Source: Candidatus Aadella gelida (GTDB lineage Bacteria > Omnitrophota > Gorgyraeia > Tantalellales > Tantalellaceae). Taken from it: a stretch of DNA of 64,000 nt. A model generated the notes under the pieces. The model was not told the DNA's origin, made no database searches, and was given only the letters and a program-made list of their open reading frames with translations. A program made the position numbers and the translations under genes. The first letter of the stretch is position 1, and the number at the start of each line of letters is the position of its first letter. Below are positions 38,660 through 48,835 of the stretch, piece by piece. Where the stretch lies: NCBI GenBank assembly GCA_030765205.1, contig JAVCDB010000106.1, forward strand, positions 906 to 64,905, in the 5' to 3' direction.

Positions 38660-39300
38660 AATAGCCCCTTCGTCCGAATTTATTGTCACTACCATTATCG
38701 GAAACCGAGGCAAAGCCAAGGTTTCAAGAACGTCTGGGGCCACCTTTAAACACAAAAAAGGGGACAGTTGCCCTCACAAATTCGCAAACGGTACAAAATA
38801 GGGACATATGCTGAGTAATTGAACCTTTGTCAGAGTTTATTGTCGTTATTATTATCGGAAACCGAGGCAAAGCCAAGGTTTCAGGGTAGTTCCGTGTACA
38901 GCAAGGGGAAACCGAGGGCGAAGCCCAAGGTTTTAAGATAGTTCACGTGTACGGTGAGGGGATACCGTGTTACTCTTCCCTGCTACACTTACAGGTTCCC
39001 ACGAGCTCGCTCCGATGTTTGCGAGGAAAACTTTCTGGAAAGCTCGGTTTTCAGAAAGTTTGACGACCAAACATCAAAAAAAGGCAACTGTAAACAGTTG
39101 CCTTTTTGCCATAATTTTTCGAAGAAAAATTATGGAACGAGTGAGGGGAAACCGAAGCCACAGGCTGAGGTTCCCACGAACTCGCTGATAATGTTTGCGA
39201 GGAGAAATTTTAGAAAAGCTTGCTTTTCTAAAATTTTGACGACCAAACATTAAAAAACCCAAGTGCAAACCACTTGGGTTTTACCAACTTTTCCCTGAAA
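38660..39300. repeat. Array of degenerate direct repeats derived from the 3' half of the adjacent tRNA-Gly. It includes a 60-bp duplication (38668-38727 and 38824-38887) and two tandem ~150-bp paralogous units (38951-39110 and 39137-39282), each ending in a hairpin plus T-run
   Basis: Read directly: cgagtgaggggaaaccgaagccacaggctgag versus the tRNA's cgagtgaggggaatcgaacccccgtagccagc. Terminator hairpins at 39083-39108 and 39257-39282. Confidence 0.65.
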
Positions 39301-39303
39301 AGT

Positions 39304-39377
39304 TGGAGCGAGTGAGGGGAATCGAACCCCCGTAGCCAGCTTGGGAAGCTGATGTACTACCATTGTACTACACTCGC
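39304..39377 (-). tRNA. tRNA-Gly (anticodon CCC), CCA encoded
   Basis: Hand-folded: acceptor GCGAGTG/CACTCGC, D-stem GTAC/GTAC, anticodon stem TCAGC/GCTGG with loop TTCCCAA, T-arm GGGGG-TTCGATT-CCCCT, discriminator U, CCA. Confidence 0.8.
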
Positions 39378-39399
39378 CCACTACTCTCTTTATCGGCAG

Positions 39400-40302
39400 T
39401 TATCTATAAAACTTAGTAAGCCTCTCAAAATGCCGATACCTTTTATCAAAATCTTCTCTTTTAACTTTAGCCAAGTTCTCCGCACTAAACTTCTCAACCG
39501 CGAACGAGGCCAATATAGTACCGTACACTAAAGATCTCCTCAATATCTTATCACTGATCTTTTTATGTCTCGAAAGGTATCCCATCATCCCGCCGGCAAA
39601 AGTATCTCCGGCACCCGTAGGATCCTTGATCTTCTCCAAAAGATATGCCGGCACGACAAACTGTAACTTCGGCGAAAAGAATAGCGCGCCATGCTCGCCC
39701 TTTTTTATAACTATCATTTTCGCGCCTTTATCGGCAATATATCTCGCAGCTTCGAACAGGTTCTTTTCTCCGGATAACTGACAAGCTTCAGCATCATTCA
39801 GCAGAAAAATATCGACTTTTTTAAGTAACTTTTCAAGCTCTTTCTTCTTGTGTGTGATCCACAAATTCATCGTATCACATGCTACGATCCCTTTAGGATT
39901 CATCTTCTTAAATATCCATCCCTGCAGCTCCGGATCGATATTCGCCAACAGTAAATTGCTTTTCCGATTGATTGTATCGGGAATATTAGGCAGGAACCCT
40001 TCAAAAACGTTTAGATGCGTGCTTAGGGTCTCCGCATGACTTATATCACGATACCGCGCTTTCCACCTAAAAGTCTCGCCTTCCTTTATCTCTAGCCCGG
40101 AGACACCTATTTTCCTTCTCTTCATCATGACTATATGTTTTTTAGGAAAATCAGTTCCTACCACACTGATAAGCTCGACAGGAGAAAAAAACGAAGCACT
40201 AACCGACGCATAGGTCGCCGATCCACCAAGTATATCTTCATTTTTCCCGAAAGGCGTCTCAATGTTATCCAATGCCACAGAACCGATAATGTTCAACCCC
40301 AT
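39400..40302 (-). CDS. PfkB-family carbohydrate/nucleoside kinase
   Basis: C-terminal DPTGAGDTFAGG motif. Start moved to the internal Met so that it no longer overlaps thiC. Confidence 0.75.
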   Translation of the reverse strand: MGLNIIGSVALDNIETPFGKNEDILGGSATYASVSASFFSPVELISVVGTDFPKKHIVMMKRRKIGVSGLEIKEGETFRWKARYRDISHAETLSTHLNVFEGFLPNIPDTINRKSNLLLANIDPELQGWIFKKMNPKGIVACDTMNLWITHKKKELEKLLKKVDIFLLNDAEACQLSGEKNLFEAARYIADKGAKMIVIKKGEHGALFFSPKLQFVVPAYLLEKIKDPTGAGDTFAGGMMGYLSRHKKISDKILRRSLVYGTILASFAVEKFSAENLAKVKREDFDKRYRHFERLTKFYR

Positions 40303-40304
40303 AC

Positions 40305-41573
40305 TTAAGCCTTCTTCGCCATTTTTTTTATAGACTCTTCCGTGACCTTGATAGAGCAATATTCCGAACACATAGTACACACATCCTCTATTTTAGGCTC
40401 TTCTTCCTTACGCATCTTTTCAGCGGTAGTAGGATCTAAAGATAACTCAAACTGTTTTTTCCAATCGCGTTTGGCCCTAGCCTTTGAAATATCATCATTA
40501 CGTTTGATCGCTGAAGGGATACCTTTAACTATATCCGCGGCGTGTGCGGCTATTTTAGACGCCATGACGCCAAGCCTTACATCATCATCATCGGGAAGGC
40601 GAAGGTGTTCTGCCGGAGTAACATAACACAGAAAATCCGCTCCATGCCATGCGGCGATAGCTCCTCCAATAGCTCCCGTTATATGATCATATCCCGGCGC
40701 AATATCTGTTACCAGCGGCCCAAGAACGTAGAATGGAGCACCATTACACAACGACTTCTGCAATTTAACATTAGTCTCTATCTGATCTAAAGGAACATGA
40801 CCCGGCCCCTCTATGATAACCTGTACTCCCTTATCCAGAGCACGTTTCTGAAGATCGCCGAGAATAAGAAGTTCTGTTATCTGCAGCCTATCAGTAGCAT
40901 CGGATATGGCTCCAGGTCTTAAACTGTCCCCCAAACTCAAAGTCACTTCATATTCTTTGCAAATATCCAAAATATCATCAAAACGCGATAAAAACGGGTT
41001 CTCTTTTCCGTTTTCTATCATCCATGATCCGAGTAATGCTCCGCCGCGGCTGACAATATTCATTATACGTTCGTCACGTTCGACTATTTTCATAGCGTCC
41101 AAAGTTATCCCGGAATGTATAGTAAAAAAATCCACTCCTTCTTCGGCCTGTTTCTGTACTACGTCAACAAAATCATTCTCTTTCATGGAAAGAAATTTCT
41201 TTTCTTTCATACAGGCAAGCTCATATACGGGAACCGTACCTAAGGGAACCTGGCATTCCTCGATAACTTTTTTACGCAGCGTGTTCAGGTCCGGACCGGT
41301 TGAAAGATCCATAACCGCGTCCGCTCCGTAAGCTACGGCAGTTTCCATCTTTTTTATTTCCCTCTGAATAGTAGAACTTTCCACTGATAAACCTATGTTA
41401 GCATTAACTTTAGTGGTCAGCCCCTTACCTACCGCACAGGGTTTGGAGATATTATGGTTTTTGTTTTTAAGTAAAACTGCATGACCCTTTTTCACCGTCT
41501 CACGGATCACGTCTGCCGCAGCATCTTCTTGTTTTAGGACACTTTCTAGAAGCGCCTCATTTACCTCTATCAT
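40305..41573 (-). CDS. thiC: Phosphomethylpyrimidine synthase
   Basis: ThiC radical-SAM-like family with a C-terminal CTMCSEYCS cluster; 422 aa. Confidence 0.9.
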   Translation of the reverse strand: MIEVNEALLESVLKQEDAAADVIRETVKKGHAVLLKNKNHNISKPCAVGKGLTTKVNANIGLSVESSTIQREIKKMETAVAYGADAVMDLSTGPDLNTLRKKVIEECQVPLGTVPVYELACMKEKKFLSMKENDFVDVVQKQAEEGVDFFTIHSGITLDAMKIVERDERIMNIVSRGGALLGSWMIENGKENPFLSRFDDILDICKEYEVTLSLGDSLRPGAISDATDRLQITELLILGDLQKRALDKGVQVIIEGPGHVPLDQIETNVKLQKSLCNGAPFYVLGPLVTDIAPGYDHITGAIGGAIAAWHGADFLCYVTPAEHLRLPDDDDVRLGVMASKIAAHAADIVKGIPSAIKRNDDISKARAKRDWKKQFELSLDPTTAEKMRKEEEPKIEDVCTMCSEYCSIKVTEESIKKMAKKA

Positions 41574-41593
41574 TTTTTCCCTTCCTGATCACA

Positions 41594-42016
41594 TTATTTA
41601 ATGCGGCTCAAAACTTTGACCGCGGATTTTTCAATACCATACAATTTAAATCTGAAATTTTTAAACTGTTGAGAAAGATCTTTATCGAATAACTTCAAAA
41701 CTTCTTCCAGCACTCTTAACGACTCTTTTCCTCTTTGCGTATTTGCCAGGAAAAGGTCCACAAGGTTCTCTTTATTCTTTTCAGATTCAGTAGTCTTCAC
41801 TCCAACATCATTAATATCCCTGGCCGATACCAACTCATCTATATGTTCTTTTCTGAGTTCCTTGATGGCATTGAATATGTCATGCCGCAGAACCTTCAGT
41901 TTAGCTGTCATTTCCTCATTATCTGAAGCAAACCTTAAAATATCTTCAGATACCCTGATCCCTTCCATAACACGATTAAGATTCGCATCTATTATCCTGT
42001 ATACACCTGTATCCAT
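41594..42016 (-). CDS. Hypothetical protein; possibly thiamine-biosynthesis associated (YRIIDANLNR motif)
   Basis: Adjacent to thiC; the motif is remembered from ThiE-associated N-terminal domains. Weak. Confidence 0.3.
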   Translation of the reverse strand: MDTGVYRIIDANLNRVMEGIRVSEDILRFASDNEEMTAKLKVLRHDIFNAIKELRKEHIDELVSARDINDVGVKTTESEKNKENLVDLFLANTQRGKESLRVLEEVLKLFDKDLSQQFKNFRFKLYGIEKSAVKVLSRIK

Positions 42017-42032
42017 TTGAGTTTATACCCTC

Positions 42033-42509
42033 CTATCCTTTCATTCTTTTTATTGTATTTGTCGTTGAATATCCTTCTTCATACCCGATTATCTTGACCC
42101 TGCCACCGTTTTTCTTAACATACGCAGCTCCCGCGATTTCATCCTCTTTCCAATCTCCGCCCTTGAACAAGATATCCGGCCCCAGTTCTTCAATAAGTTT
42201 TTGAGGAGTATCCTCTTCAAAAAGAGTTATAAGATCCACACATTCCAGTGCGGCAAGAACTTCCATCCTATCATGCTCTAAATTGACCGGCCGGGAATCA
42301 CCTTTTATGCTCCTAACTGAGCTGTCACTATTCATCCCCACGATTAGAATATCGCATTCATCTTTGGCTGATCTCAAATATCTCACATGACCCGCATGAA
42401 TAATATCAAAACATCCGTTAGTGAACCCAACCTTATTACCTTTTTCCTTTGCGTCTCGGGCCACTCCCAGAAGTTCCGAACGGTTCTTTATCTTATCATT
42501 TTTCGTCAT
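42033..42509 (-). CDS. rfaE2: D-glycero-beta-D-manno-heptose 1-phosphate adenylyltransferase (RfaE domain II)
   Basis: Cytidylyltransferase motif GCFDIIHAGH. Confidence 0.85.
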   Translation of the reverse strand: MTKNDKIKNRSELLGVARDAKEKGNKVGFTNGCFDIIHAGHVRYLRSAKDECDILIVGMNSDSSVRSIKGDSRPVNLEHDRMEVLAALECVDLITLFEEDTPQKLIEELGPDILFKGGDWKEDEIAGAAYVKKNGGRVKIIGYEEGYSTTNTIKRMKG

Positions 42510-43090
42510 GCTAAAGAATCCTCTATAATTTTACACAAAATGTGTATAACAGCAATATGGACCTCTTGTATGCGAGCCGTATTTTCAGCTTTGACATTTA
42601 TTGTCACATCGGCTTCTGTAGCTAAAGTGCCACCCTCGTGACCTGTCAAAGCAACGACCGGGACCCCTTTCTTTTTAGCAGCAAGAACACCTTCGATCAC
42701 ATTCTCTGAATTACCACTTGTCGATATAGCCACGACAATATCATTTTCGGCTGCAAGAGCCTCCACCTGACGGCTGAAGATCTTTTTAAACTCATAATCA
42801 TTACCAGATGCTGTTATGATAGATGTATCCGTAGTAAGCGCCACAGCGGGTAATGCACGCCTTTCCTTTTCAAATCTGACCATCAGTTCTGCCGCAAAAT
42901 GCTGACTATCGGCCGCACTGCCACCGTTACCGAAAACAAGGACTTTCCCGCCCTTACCATAACTTTCTATTATTGCCGAAGCCGCTTTCTTAATGGCTTC
43001 TATGTTATCATTATCAGCAAAGAATTTTTCTTTGATCTTAACGCTTTCTTCTGCAAACTTCTTGATCATCATATCTATATCCATAATCAT
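42506..43090 (-). CDS. gmhA: Phosphoheptose isomerase (SIS domain)
   Basis: GNGGSAADSQHFAAEL motif. Confidence 0.88.
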   Translation of the reverse strand: MIMDIDMMIKKFAEESVKIKEKFFADNDNIEAIKKAASAIIESYGKGGKVLVFGNGGSAADSQHFAAELMVRFEKERRALPAVALTTDTSIITASGNDYEFKKIFSRQVEALAAENDIVVAISTSGNSENVIEGVLAAKKKGVPVVALTGHEGGTLATEADVTINVKAENTARIQEVHIAVIHILCKIIEDSLA

Positions 43091-43120
43091 TCACTCCTGA
43101 TAAATTAGCGTGCGATGCGT

Positions 43121-43723
43121 CTACCGCCTATACGGCACGGTATCCGAAGCAGTAGGCTTTTCCTCTCCATCAACCGGGATACCTTCAACCTGCGCGCCTT
43201 TAATGATCTTTTTTATGTTCATACTGATATTAACGCCTTCTTCTATCCCCAGCATACTTTGAACCTTATTCTTAACTTCCATCTGTATCTGTTCGGTAAC
43301 TTCAGGAATGCTGGCAGATGCTGAAATAGTAACATCTGTTGTAACATTTATACCCTTTTTCCCGGAACGAACACTAGACTTAACGTCTTTTATACCCCCG
43401 ATACTTTTCGCTATCTTTTGTATATAATCTTCCACTGCGGAAAGAGATATGGTTACTTCGCCATCAGGATTCTGAAAAGAAATGAACCTCGATCTTTTTA
43501 GTCTCTTGGCTAAACGGTACGGCGCGATGATCCCGATAAGGATTATCACTATTCCGGCAACCGCTCCCGCTATCTGATAGCCCGTATCTGCCACGATCAT
43601 GTTCATAATCTCAGCACATTTCTCCGGAGACAACAGGTTCAATGACGCCAATACAAGAAACCCTCCCAAAGAAACCATCAGTAACATATAAAGAAATACT
43701 ACTAATCTTCTAAAAAAATTCAT
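43121..43723 (-). CDS. Asp23/Gls24-family protein with an N-terminal membrane anchor
   Basis: Two TM segments then an Asp23-like domain (ISLSAVEDYIQKIAKSIGGI). Confidence 0.5.
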   Translation of the reverse strand: MNFFRRLVVFLYMLLMVSLGGFLVLASLNLLSPEKCAEIMNMIVADTGYQIAGAVAGIVIILIGIIAPYRLAKRLKRSRFISFQNPDGEVTISLSAVEDYIQKIAKSIGGIKDVKSSVRSGKKGINVTTDVTISASASIPEVTEQIQMEVKNKVQSMLGIEEGVNISMNIKKIIKGAQVEGIPVDGEEKPTASDTVPYRR

Positions 43724-43747
43724 GTTCCCTCCTTAGGGTCATACAAA

Positions 43748-45094
43748 TCACTCTTTTACTGGAAAATATTTTTCTATGAAATGAGTTGAATAGTCTCCTT
43801 TACGGAAATCCGGATTCAGAAGCACCTCTTTGTGGAAATCAACAGTAGTTTTAATCGGGGATATAAGGAATTCTTCTAAAGCCCTGCGCATGATCGTAAT
43901 AGCTTCATCCCTGTCCTTGCCGTAGGCGATGATTTTTGCCATCATGGAATCATAAAACGGAGGTATTTCATAACCTGCGTATATGTGCGTATCCACACGT
44001 ATCCCGGGACCACCCGGAATACTGAGAGCCTCTATGGTGCCGGGTGACGGTCTGAAATTATTCTCGGGGTCTTCAGCGTTTATACGGCATTCTATGGCAT
44101 GTCCCGCAAACTTTATATCTTTCTGCTCGAACGAAAGTTTTTCACCAGCGGCTATCCTAATCTGTTCCTTTATTAGATCTACACCAGTTATCATTTCCGT
44201 TACAGGATGCTCAACCTGTATACGAGTATTCATTTCCATGAAATAAAAATTATCCCCATCAAGCAAAAATTCTATCGTCCCTGCGCCCTTATATTTTACA
44301 GCTTTTGTGGCCTTAACGGCTATTTCACCCATCAGCTTTCGACGATCCTCATTCAGAAAAACCGAAGGAGACTCTTCTATAAGTTTCTGATGCCTTCTCT
44401 GAATAGTGCAATCCCTTTCTCCTAGATGTACGACATTCCCGTGTTCATCTGCAAGTACTTGAACTTCGACATGCCGAGGAGATTCAATATATTTTTCCAT
44501 ATAGACATCGGAATTCCCAAAAGCCGCTTCGGCTTCGCTCTGTGCTGTAAGCATCGCTCCGATAAGTCTGACATCATTATGACACACCCTCATGCCTTTT
44601 CCTCCACCACCGGCCGATGCTTTTATGATAACGGGATAACCTATCCGTTTCGCTTCCTTGAGAGCATGTTCCTGATCCTTTATCAGACCATCCGATCCGG
44701 GAGTTACGGGAACTCCTATCTTTCTCATAGTATCTTTAGCGGCAATTTTATTCCCCATCAGCCTCATGTTTTCGGGAGACGGACCGATAAATTTTATCTG
44801 GCAAGATTCACATATTTCAGCAAAATGCGCATTTTCCGCTAAAAATCCATATCCGGGATGTATGGCTTCGACATCGGTTATTTCAGAGGCACTAATTATC
44901 GCTGGAACGTTAAGGTAACTATCCGCAGGCATCGCTTTCCCGATGCATATGGCTTCATCAGCCAATCTGACATGAAGAGACTTCGCATCCGCTTCGGAAT
45001 AAACGGCTACAGTCTTCACTCCGAGCTCCCTACAAGCACGTATTATTCTAAGCGCTATTTCGCCTCTATTTGCTATTAATATTCTGGAAAACAT
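43748..45094 (-). CDS. accC: Acetyl-CoA carboxylase biotin carboxylase subunit
   Basis: ATP-grasp biotin carboxylase motifs; 448 aa. Confidence 0.92.
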   Translation of the reverse strand: MFSRILIANRGEIALRIIRACRELGVKTVAVYSEADAKSLHVRLADEAICIGKAMPADSYLNVPAIISASEITDVEAIHPGYGFLAENAHFAEICESCQIKFIGPSPENMRLMGNKIAAKDTMRKIGVPVTPGSDGLIKDQEHALKEAKRIGYPVIIKASAGGGGKGMRVCHNDVRLIGAMLTAQSEAEAAFGNSDVYMEKYIESPRHVEVQVLADEHGNVVHLGERDCTIQRRHQKLIEESPSVFLNEDRRKLMGEIAVKATKAVKYKGAGTIEFLLDGDNFYFMEMNTRIQVEHPVTEMITGVDLIKEQIRIAAGEKLSFEQKDIKFAGHAIECRINAEDPENNFRPSPGTIEALSIPGGPGIRVDTHIYAGYEIPPFYDSMMAKIIAYGKDRDEAITIMRRALEEFLISPIKTTVDFHKEVLLNPDFRKGDYSTHFIEKYFPVKE

Positions 45095-45109
45095 AATTAA
45101 CGGGTTTCT

Positions 45110-45544
45110 TTATGCCGGTTCTACGAGGAACAATGTTTGCCCAAATTCTACCGCTTCGGCATTTTCTATAAGTATTTCGGATATCTTGCCGCCGAATTCA
45201 GCTTTGATCTCGTTCATCAATTTCATAGCTTCAATTATACAGAGCACATCACCTTTTTTCACTACATCCCCGACACCCACAAAAGGAGCCGCTTCCGGCG
45301 AAGACGCCCCATAGAACGTTCCAACCATAGGAGACTTCACTTCTTTTCCGTTACCGGCAGCTTGCTCTTGACCCGGAGAAGAACCCTGCGGAGTAGCAGC
45401 GGCAGGCGCGGTAACGATCTGTTCGACCATCCCACTTGCCTTCTTTGAAAGCTTTATCTTTTTACCCTCTTCTTCGACCTCAACTTCCGTGAGACCATTT
45501 TCTTTCATGAGATCGATCAATTCTTTAATCTTTTTAATGTTCAT
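45110..45544 (-). CDS. accB: Biotin carboxyl carrier protein
   Basis: EAMKLMNEI biotinylation motif. Confidence 0.9.
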   Translation of the reverse strand: MNIKKIKELIDLMKENGLTEVEVEEEGKKIKLSKKASGMVEQIVTAPAAATPQGSSPGQEQAAGNGKEVKSPMVGTFYGASSPEAAPFVGVGDVVKKGDVLCIIEAMKLMNEIKAEFGGKISEILIENAEAVEFGQTLFLVEPA

Positions 45545-45560
45545 ATTTTTTCTCCTGTAG

Positions 45561-45747
45561 TCGTGATTCGTAATTCGTGAACAGTAAACAGTGAACAGTG
45601 ACCTGTTGACTATTGTCTATTGACAATTGACCTTTTTAACCCGTTCTCCGCATCAGTCCGATCTGACTTTTAAACCTTTAAAACTTTTTAACCTTTTAAA
45701 CTGTCCCCATATCGGTCATTCTTTGTCTATTGTCAATAGTCTAATAA
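45561..45747. repeat. Heptad MITE-like element; the cleanest copy (orientation A) showing 7-nt periodicity from end to end
   Basis: tcgtgat tcgtaat tcgtgaa cagtaaa cagtgaa cagtgac ctgttga ctattgt ctattga caattga ... attgtca atagtct aataaca. Confidence 0.8.
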
Positions 45748-45802
45748 CATCCCCCGTCTTTCTTCCTTCTGATCTCTATAACCTATACCCTGAACCCTAT
45801 TA

Positions 45803-46360
45803 TTACGCTCTCTCTATATACTCCCCAGTACGGGTATCAACCTTTATTTTCTGATGCTGTTCCACAAATAAAGGAACTTTTACGATCTTACCCGTTTCCA
45901 ATGTAGCCGGTTTAGTGGCACCTGAAACCGTATCACCTTTCATTCCCGGTTCCGTATGCACCACTTCTAAAATAACATGTATCGGAGGATCCACCGACAG
46001 TACCTTACCATCATATATCTTGGCCGTTACGGACATACCTTCTTTAAGATATTCGGCTTTTTCACCTATTTTCTCTTCAGACAGATGTATTTGTTCGTAA
46101 TTAGCCTCATCCATCAAACAGAATCCCATATCATCCTTATAGAGATACTGCATCTGTTTATTTTCTATAAAGGCCTGTTCCAAGGTATCTTCCGGTCTCA
46201 TCGTTTCAGACATTATGGCCCCGGTAGTCAAATTCCTGAGTTTTGCTTTGATAAACGCTCCACCTTTGCCCGGTTTATTGTGTCTAGCCTCAACAACCTC
46301 ATGCAACTGACCGTTAAACAGAATAACGGCTCCCTGTCTCACCTGTCCCGCTTTTATCAT
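45803..46360 (-). CDS. efp: Elongation factor P
   Basis: EF-P family (KPGKGGAF loop); 185 aa. Confidence 0.92.
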   Translation of the reverse strand: MIKAGQVRQGAVILFNGQLHEVVEARHNKPGKGGAFIKAKLRNLTTGAIMSETMRPEDTLEQAFIENKQMQYLYKDDMGFCLMDEANYEQIHLSEEKIGEKAEYLKEGMSVTAKIYDGKVLSVDPPIHVILEVVHTEPGMKGDTVSGATKPATLETGKIVKVPLFVEQHQKIKVDTRTGEYIERA

Positions 46361-47430
46361 ACCGTTAACACCTCACATCCTTTATCCGTTACCAGAATCA
46401 TATCCTCTTCCCTAATACCGCCTAATCCTTCTACGTATAGTCCGGGTTCGATCGTAATGACCATCCCCTTTTTTAGTTTTTCCCGCGACCCAACCCGCAG
46501 GAAAGGCCTCTCATGAACCTCTATACCTATCCCGTGACCGAGCCCGTGAAGAATATTGCCGCCTAGATCCGCATCGAGAAACCTCTTATTTACCATACTT
46601 CCAAGCATCCCGATACACGTTCCATTCTTGACCATTCCTATGGCTTCATCATGTGCTTTGTGGACATGATCAATAAGCCCGCGAATTTGTCGGTCTATTC
46701 TACCGTTGAGGTATACTCTTGTCAAGTCTGAACAGTATCCCTTGTATCTAACCCCGAAGTCTACAAGCACATGTTCGTTTTCCTTCAGCCTACGAGAAGT
46801 AGGTATAGCATGAGGATATGCCGTATTTTCAGCTATTGCGGCTATGGTCGGAAAAGAATTTACGCATCCTGCCTGCCTTATTAGTACGTCTACCACAACG
46901 GCTATCTGCTTCTCGGTCATCCCTGTCCGGATCTCTCTTCGTACCTTTCTCCAGATACCCGTCGTTATCTTTGCAGCCTTGCGTATAATATCTATTTCCT
47001 GCTCACTCTTGATCTTTCTCATGTCAGCAAGAATACCTGGAACCGGGACACCCCCTTGAGATGATACGAATTTTATCCCGGGTATTATCCTTTTAAGACT
47101 ATTGTAGGCCGAAACTGAAACATATTCATCTGAATACGCTATGATCTTTATTCCTGATTCTTTAACATATTTTTTCAGACCATTCCTTACTGTTCCCGGA
47201 ACCAATAAAATGTCGGATTTTATCTCCCTCATTAGATCTTCTGCCAGGGCGTGGTTCATCGTATCTATAAGACAGATCGGTTTCCCTTTGCGTGGCACTA
47301 AAAGTACCATACCTGAAAAATAAAACCCTATGAGGTAACGCAGGCTCCGCTCATCCGCAAGATACAAAGCATCCGCTCCGATCCTGCTTATTTTAGCTTT
47401 TATTACTCTGAAATGTTTTTCGGCATACAT
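46357..47430 (-). CDS. pepP: Xaa-Pro aminopeptidase (M24B)
   Basis: M24 metal-binding residues (HGLGHGIGIEVHE). Confidence 0.85.
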   Translation of the reverse strand: MYAEKHFRVIKAKISRIGADALYLADERSLRYLIGFYFSGMVLLVPRKGKPICLIDTMNHALAEDLMREIKSDILLVPGTVRNGLKKYVKESGIKIIAYSDEYVSVSAYNSLKRIIPGIKFVSSQGGVPVPGILADMRKIKSEQEIDIIRKAAKITTGIWRKVRREIRTGMTEKQIAVVVDVLIRQAGCVNSFPTIAAIAENTAYPHAIPTSRRLKENEHVLVDFGVRYKGYCSDLTRVYLNGRIDRQIRGLIDHVHKAHDEAIGMVKNGTCIGMLGSMVNKRFLDADLGGNILHGLGHGIGIEVHERPFLRVGSREKLKKGMVITIEPGLYVEGLGGIREEDMILVTDKGCEVLTV

Positions 47431-47431
47431 G

Positions 47432-47872
47432 CTATTCTCGGCCCGCAGTTTTCATTATTCCTGATAAAGCTTTGATTCCTAGGATATAACTTTTCTTCCC
47501 GAATCCGCTTATCTGGCCGGTAACAACAGGCGCTATGAGAGACTTATGTCTGAACTCTTCTCTGGCATGTATATTTGAAAGGTGCACCTCAACAGAAGGA
47601 ACAGGCTTAGCTTTAAGAGCATCATGTATTGCTACGCTTGTATGAGTATATGCCGCTGGATTTATCAGTATTCCGTCTGCTTTGGTCCCGTTTATTTTAT
47701 CCACAATATCGCCTTCATGATTAGACTGATAACAGTCAATTTCAAGGTTTTCTTCTTTAGCCGCCTCGGCCATTGCGGAATTAATCGCCTCTATAGTCTC
47801 TTCCCCGTAAATATCCGTCTCTCTTTTTCCAAGAAGGTCCAGATTAGGACCATGGATCACAAGAACTTTCAT
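47432..47872 (-). CDS. aroQ: 3-dehydroquinate dehydratase, type II
   Basis: [19 protein letters not shown]-terminus. Confidence 0.9.
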   Translation of the reverse strand: MKVLVIHGPNLDLLGKRETDIYGEETIEAINSAMAEAAKEENLEIDCYQSNHEGDIVDKINGTKADGILINPAAYTHTSVAIHDALKAKPVPSVEVHLSNIHAREEFRHKSLIAPVVTGQISGFGKKSYILGIKALSGIMKTAGRE

Positions 47873-47884
47873 ATTAGGATCCTC

Positions 47885-48835
47885 CTATTTAAATTCACCT
47901 TTAATATTGCACCAAAAATACATTATTCCTCCTATTAAGCTTGCAAAGATCAAACCTGCCAACATAAGAAGGCTTGCGGCAAATGCGATCTCTTTTCCGA
48001 CTATCGGGGTAAAAAAAGCCAGGATAGCCCCTTCCCTTACTCCCAGACCGCCCAGAGACGGTACCATGCTTATCAATACCACGATCGGCATGATAAGGAC
48101 TATATCCCCAAGAGGTACTACTTTTCCTAATGACAAAAAGAACAAGGATACTACATAAAAATAAAGGCACTGCGCTAGCGCTGACGTAACTAACGATTTT
48201 ACTACAACCTCTTTCCTGTTCTTATAGTCATGCACTATTTTGTAAACTTCGTTAAGTTTCTTACCTAACCCGAACATCTTTATCTTAGAAAATACATTCT
48301 CAAGAAAAACCTCTACATTCTTATGGGTTACCACAAAATACCCCAATATCCCCAATATGCTCAAACCCATAACAATAGGCTTTGTTCCCGGAAGATCTAC
48401 ATCCCCTCGATAGAACATCAAAGATATAGCGGCTATCGCGAGAAATGTGTACAACCCTATAAAACGGTCCATAAACACGCTAGCATAAGACTTTAATTTT
48501 TCACCATTTATTTTTGAAGCATAATGCGCTTTAATAATATCTCCACCAACCGCCGTGGGCATAAAATTGTTGAAAAAATATCCCATGAATGTAAGCCGCA
48601 CGGAGTTCTTAAGTGTCAGGTCCAGATCCTCACCCCTGAATATTATTTTCATGCGGTATGCCTGCATACTTACATTTATAAGCAGCAGAAACATCGCCAG
48701 AGATATAATTTGTCTGTTAACACTTTTTAATGTTCCCCCTATCTTTCCCAGATCATCCTTCATCACCCACACTAAAAGACCCAAAAGACTAAAACTAACA
48801 AGAATGCGTATCAAGGTTGAAATATTTTTTTTCAC
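47885..48835 (-). CDS. UPF0104 / lysylphosphatidylglycerol-synthase-TM-like (flippase-like) membrane protein
   Basis: About 8 TM segments; family recalled by topology and size. Confidence 0.4.
   Translation of the reverse strand: MKKNISTLIRILVSFSLLGLLVWVMKDDLGKIGGTLKSVNRQIISLAMFLLLINVSMQAYRMKIIFRGEDLDLTLKNSVRLTFMGYFFNNFMPTAVGGDIIKAHYASKINGEKLKSYASVFMDRFIGLYTFLAIAAISLMFYRGDVDLPGTKPIVMGLSILGILGYFVVTHKNVEVFLENVFSKIKMFGLGKKLNEVYKIVHDYKNRKEVVVKSLVTSALAQCLYFYVVSLFFLSLGKVVPLGDIVLIMPIVVLISMVPSLGGLGVREGAILAFFTPIVGKEIAFAASLLMLAGLIFASLIGGIMYFWCNIKGEFK

Noticed and set aside
38954-39268. ORFs 38954..39253 (+), 38967..39188 (+) and 39074..39268 (-) in the tRNA-adjacent region
   Set aside because: They run through tandem repeat units and terminator hairpins. 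The sequence there is better explained as decayed tRNA 3'-half copies and sRNA-like units.
41574-42032. TPP riboswitch upstream of thiC
   Set aside because: Only 16-20 bp of intergenic space is present on either side of the 140-aa ORF upstream of thiC. There is no CUGAGA / GGGGTGC-type THI-box sequence.
47901-48170. Minus-strand ORF of 89 aa nested inside the UPF0104 membrane-protein gene
   Set aside because: It is an alternative frame wholly inside a longer, more plausible multi-TM ORF, and its translation is basic and low-complexity.
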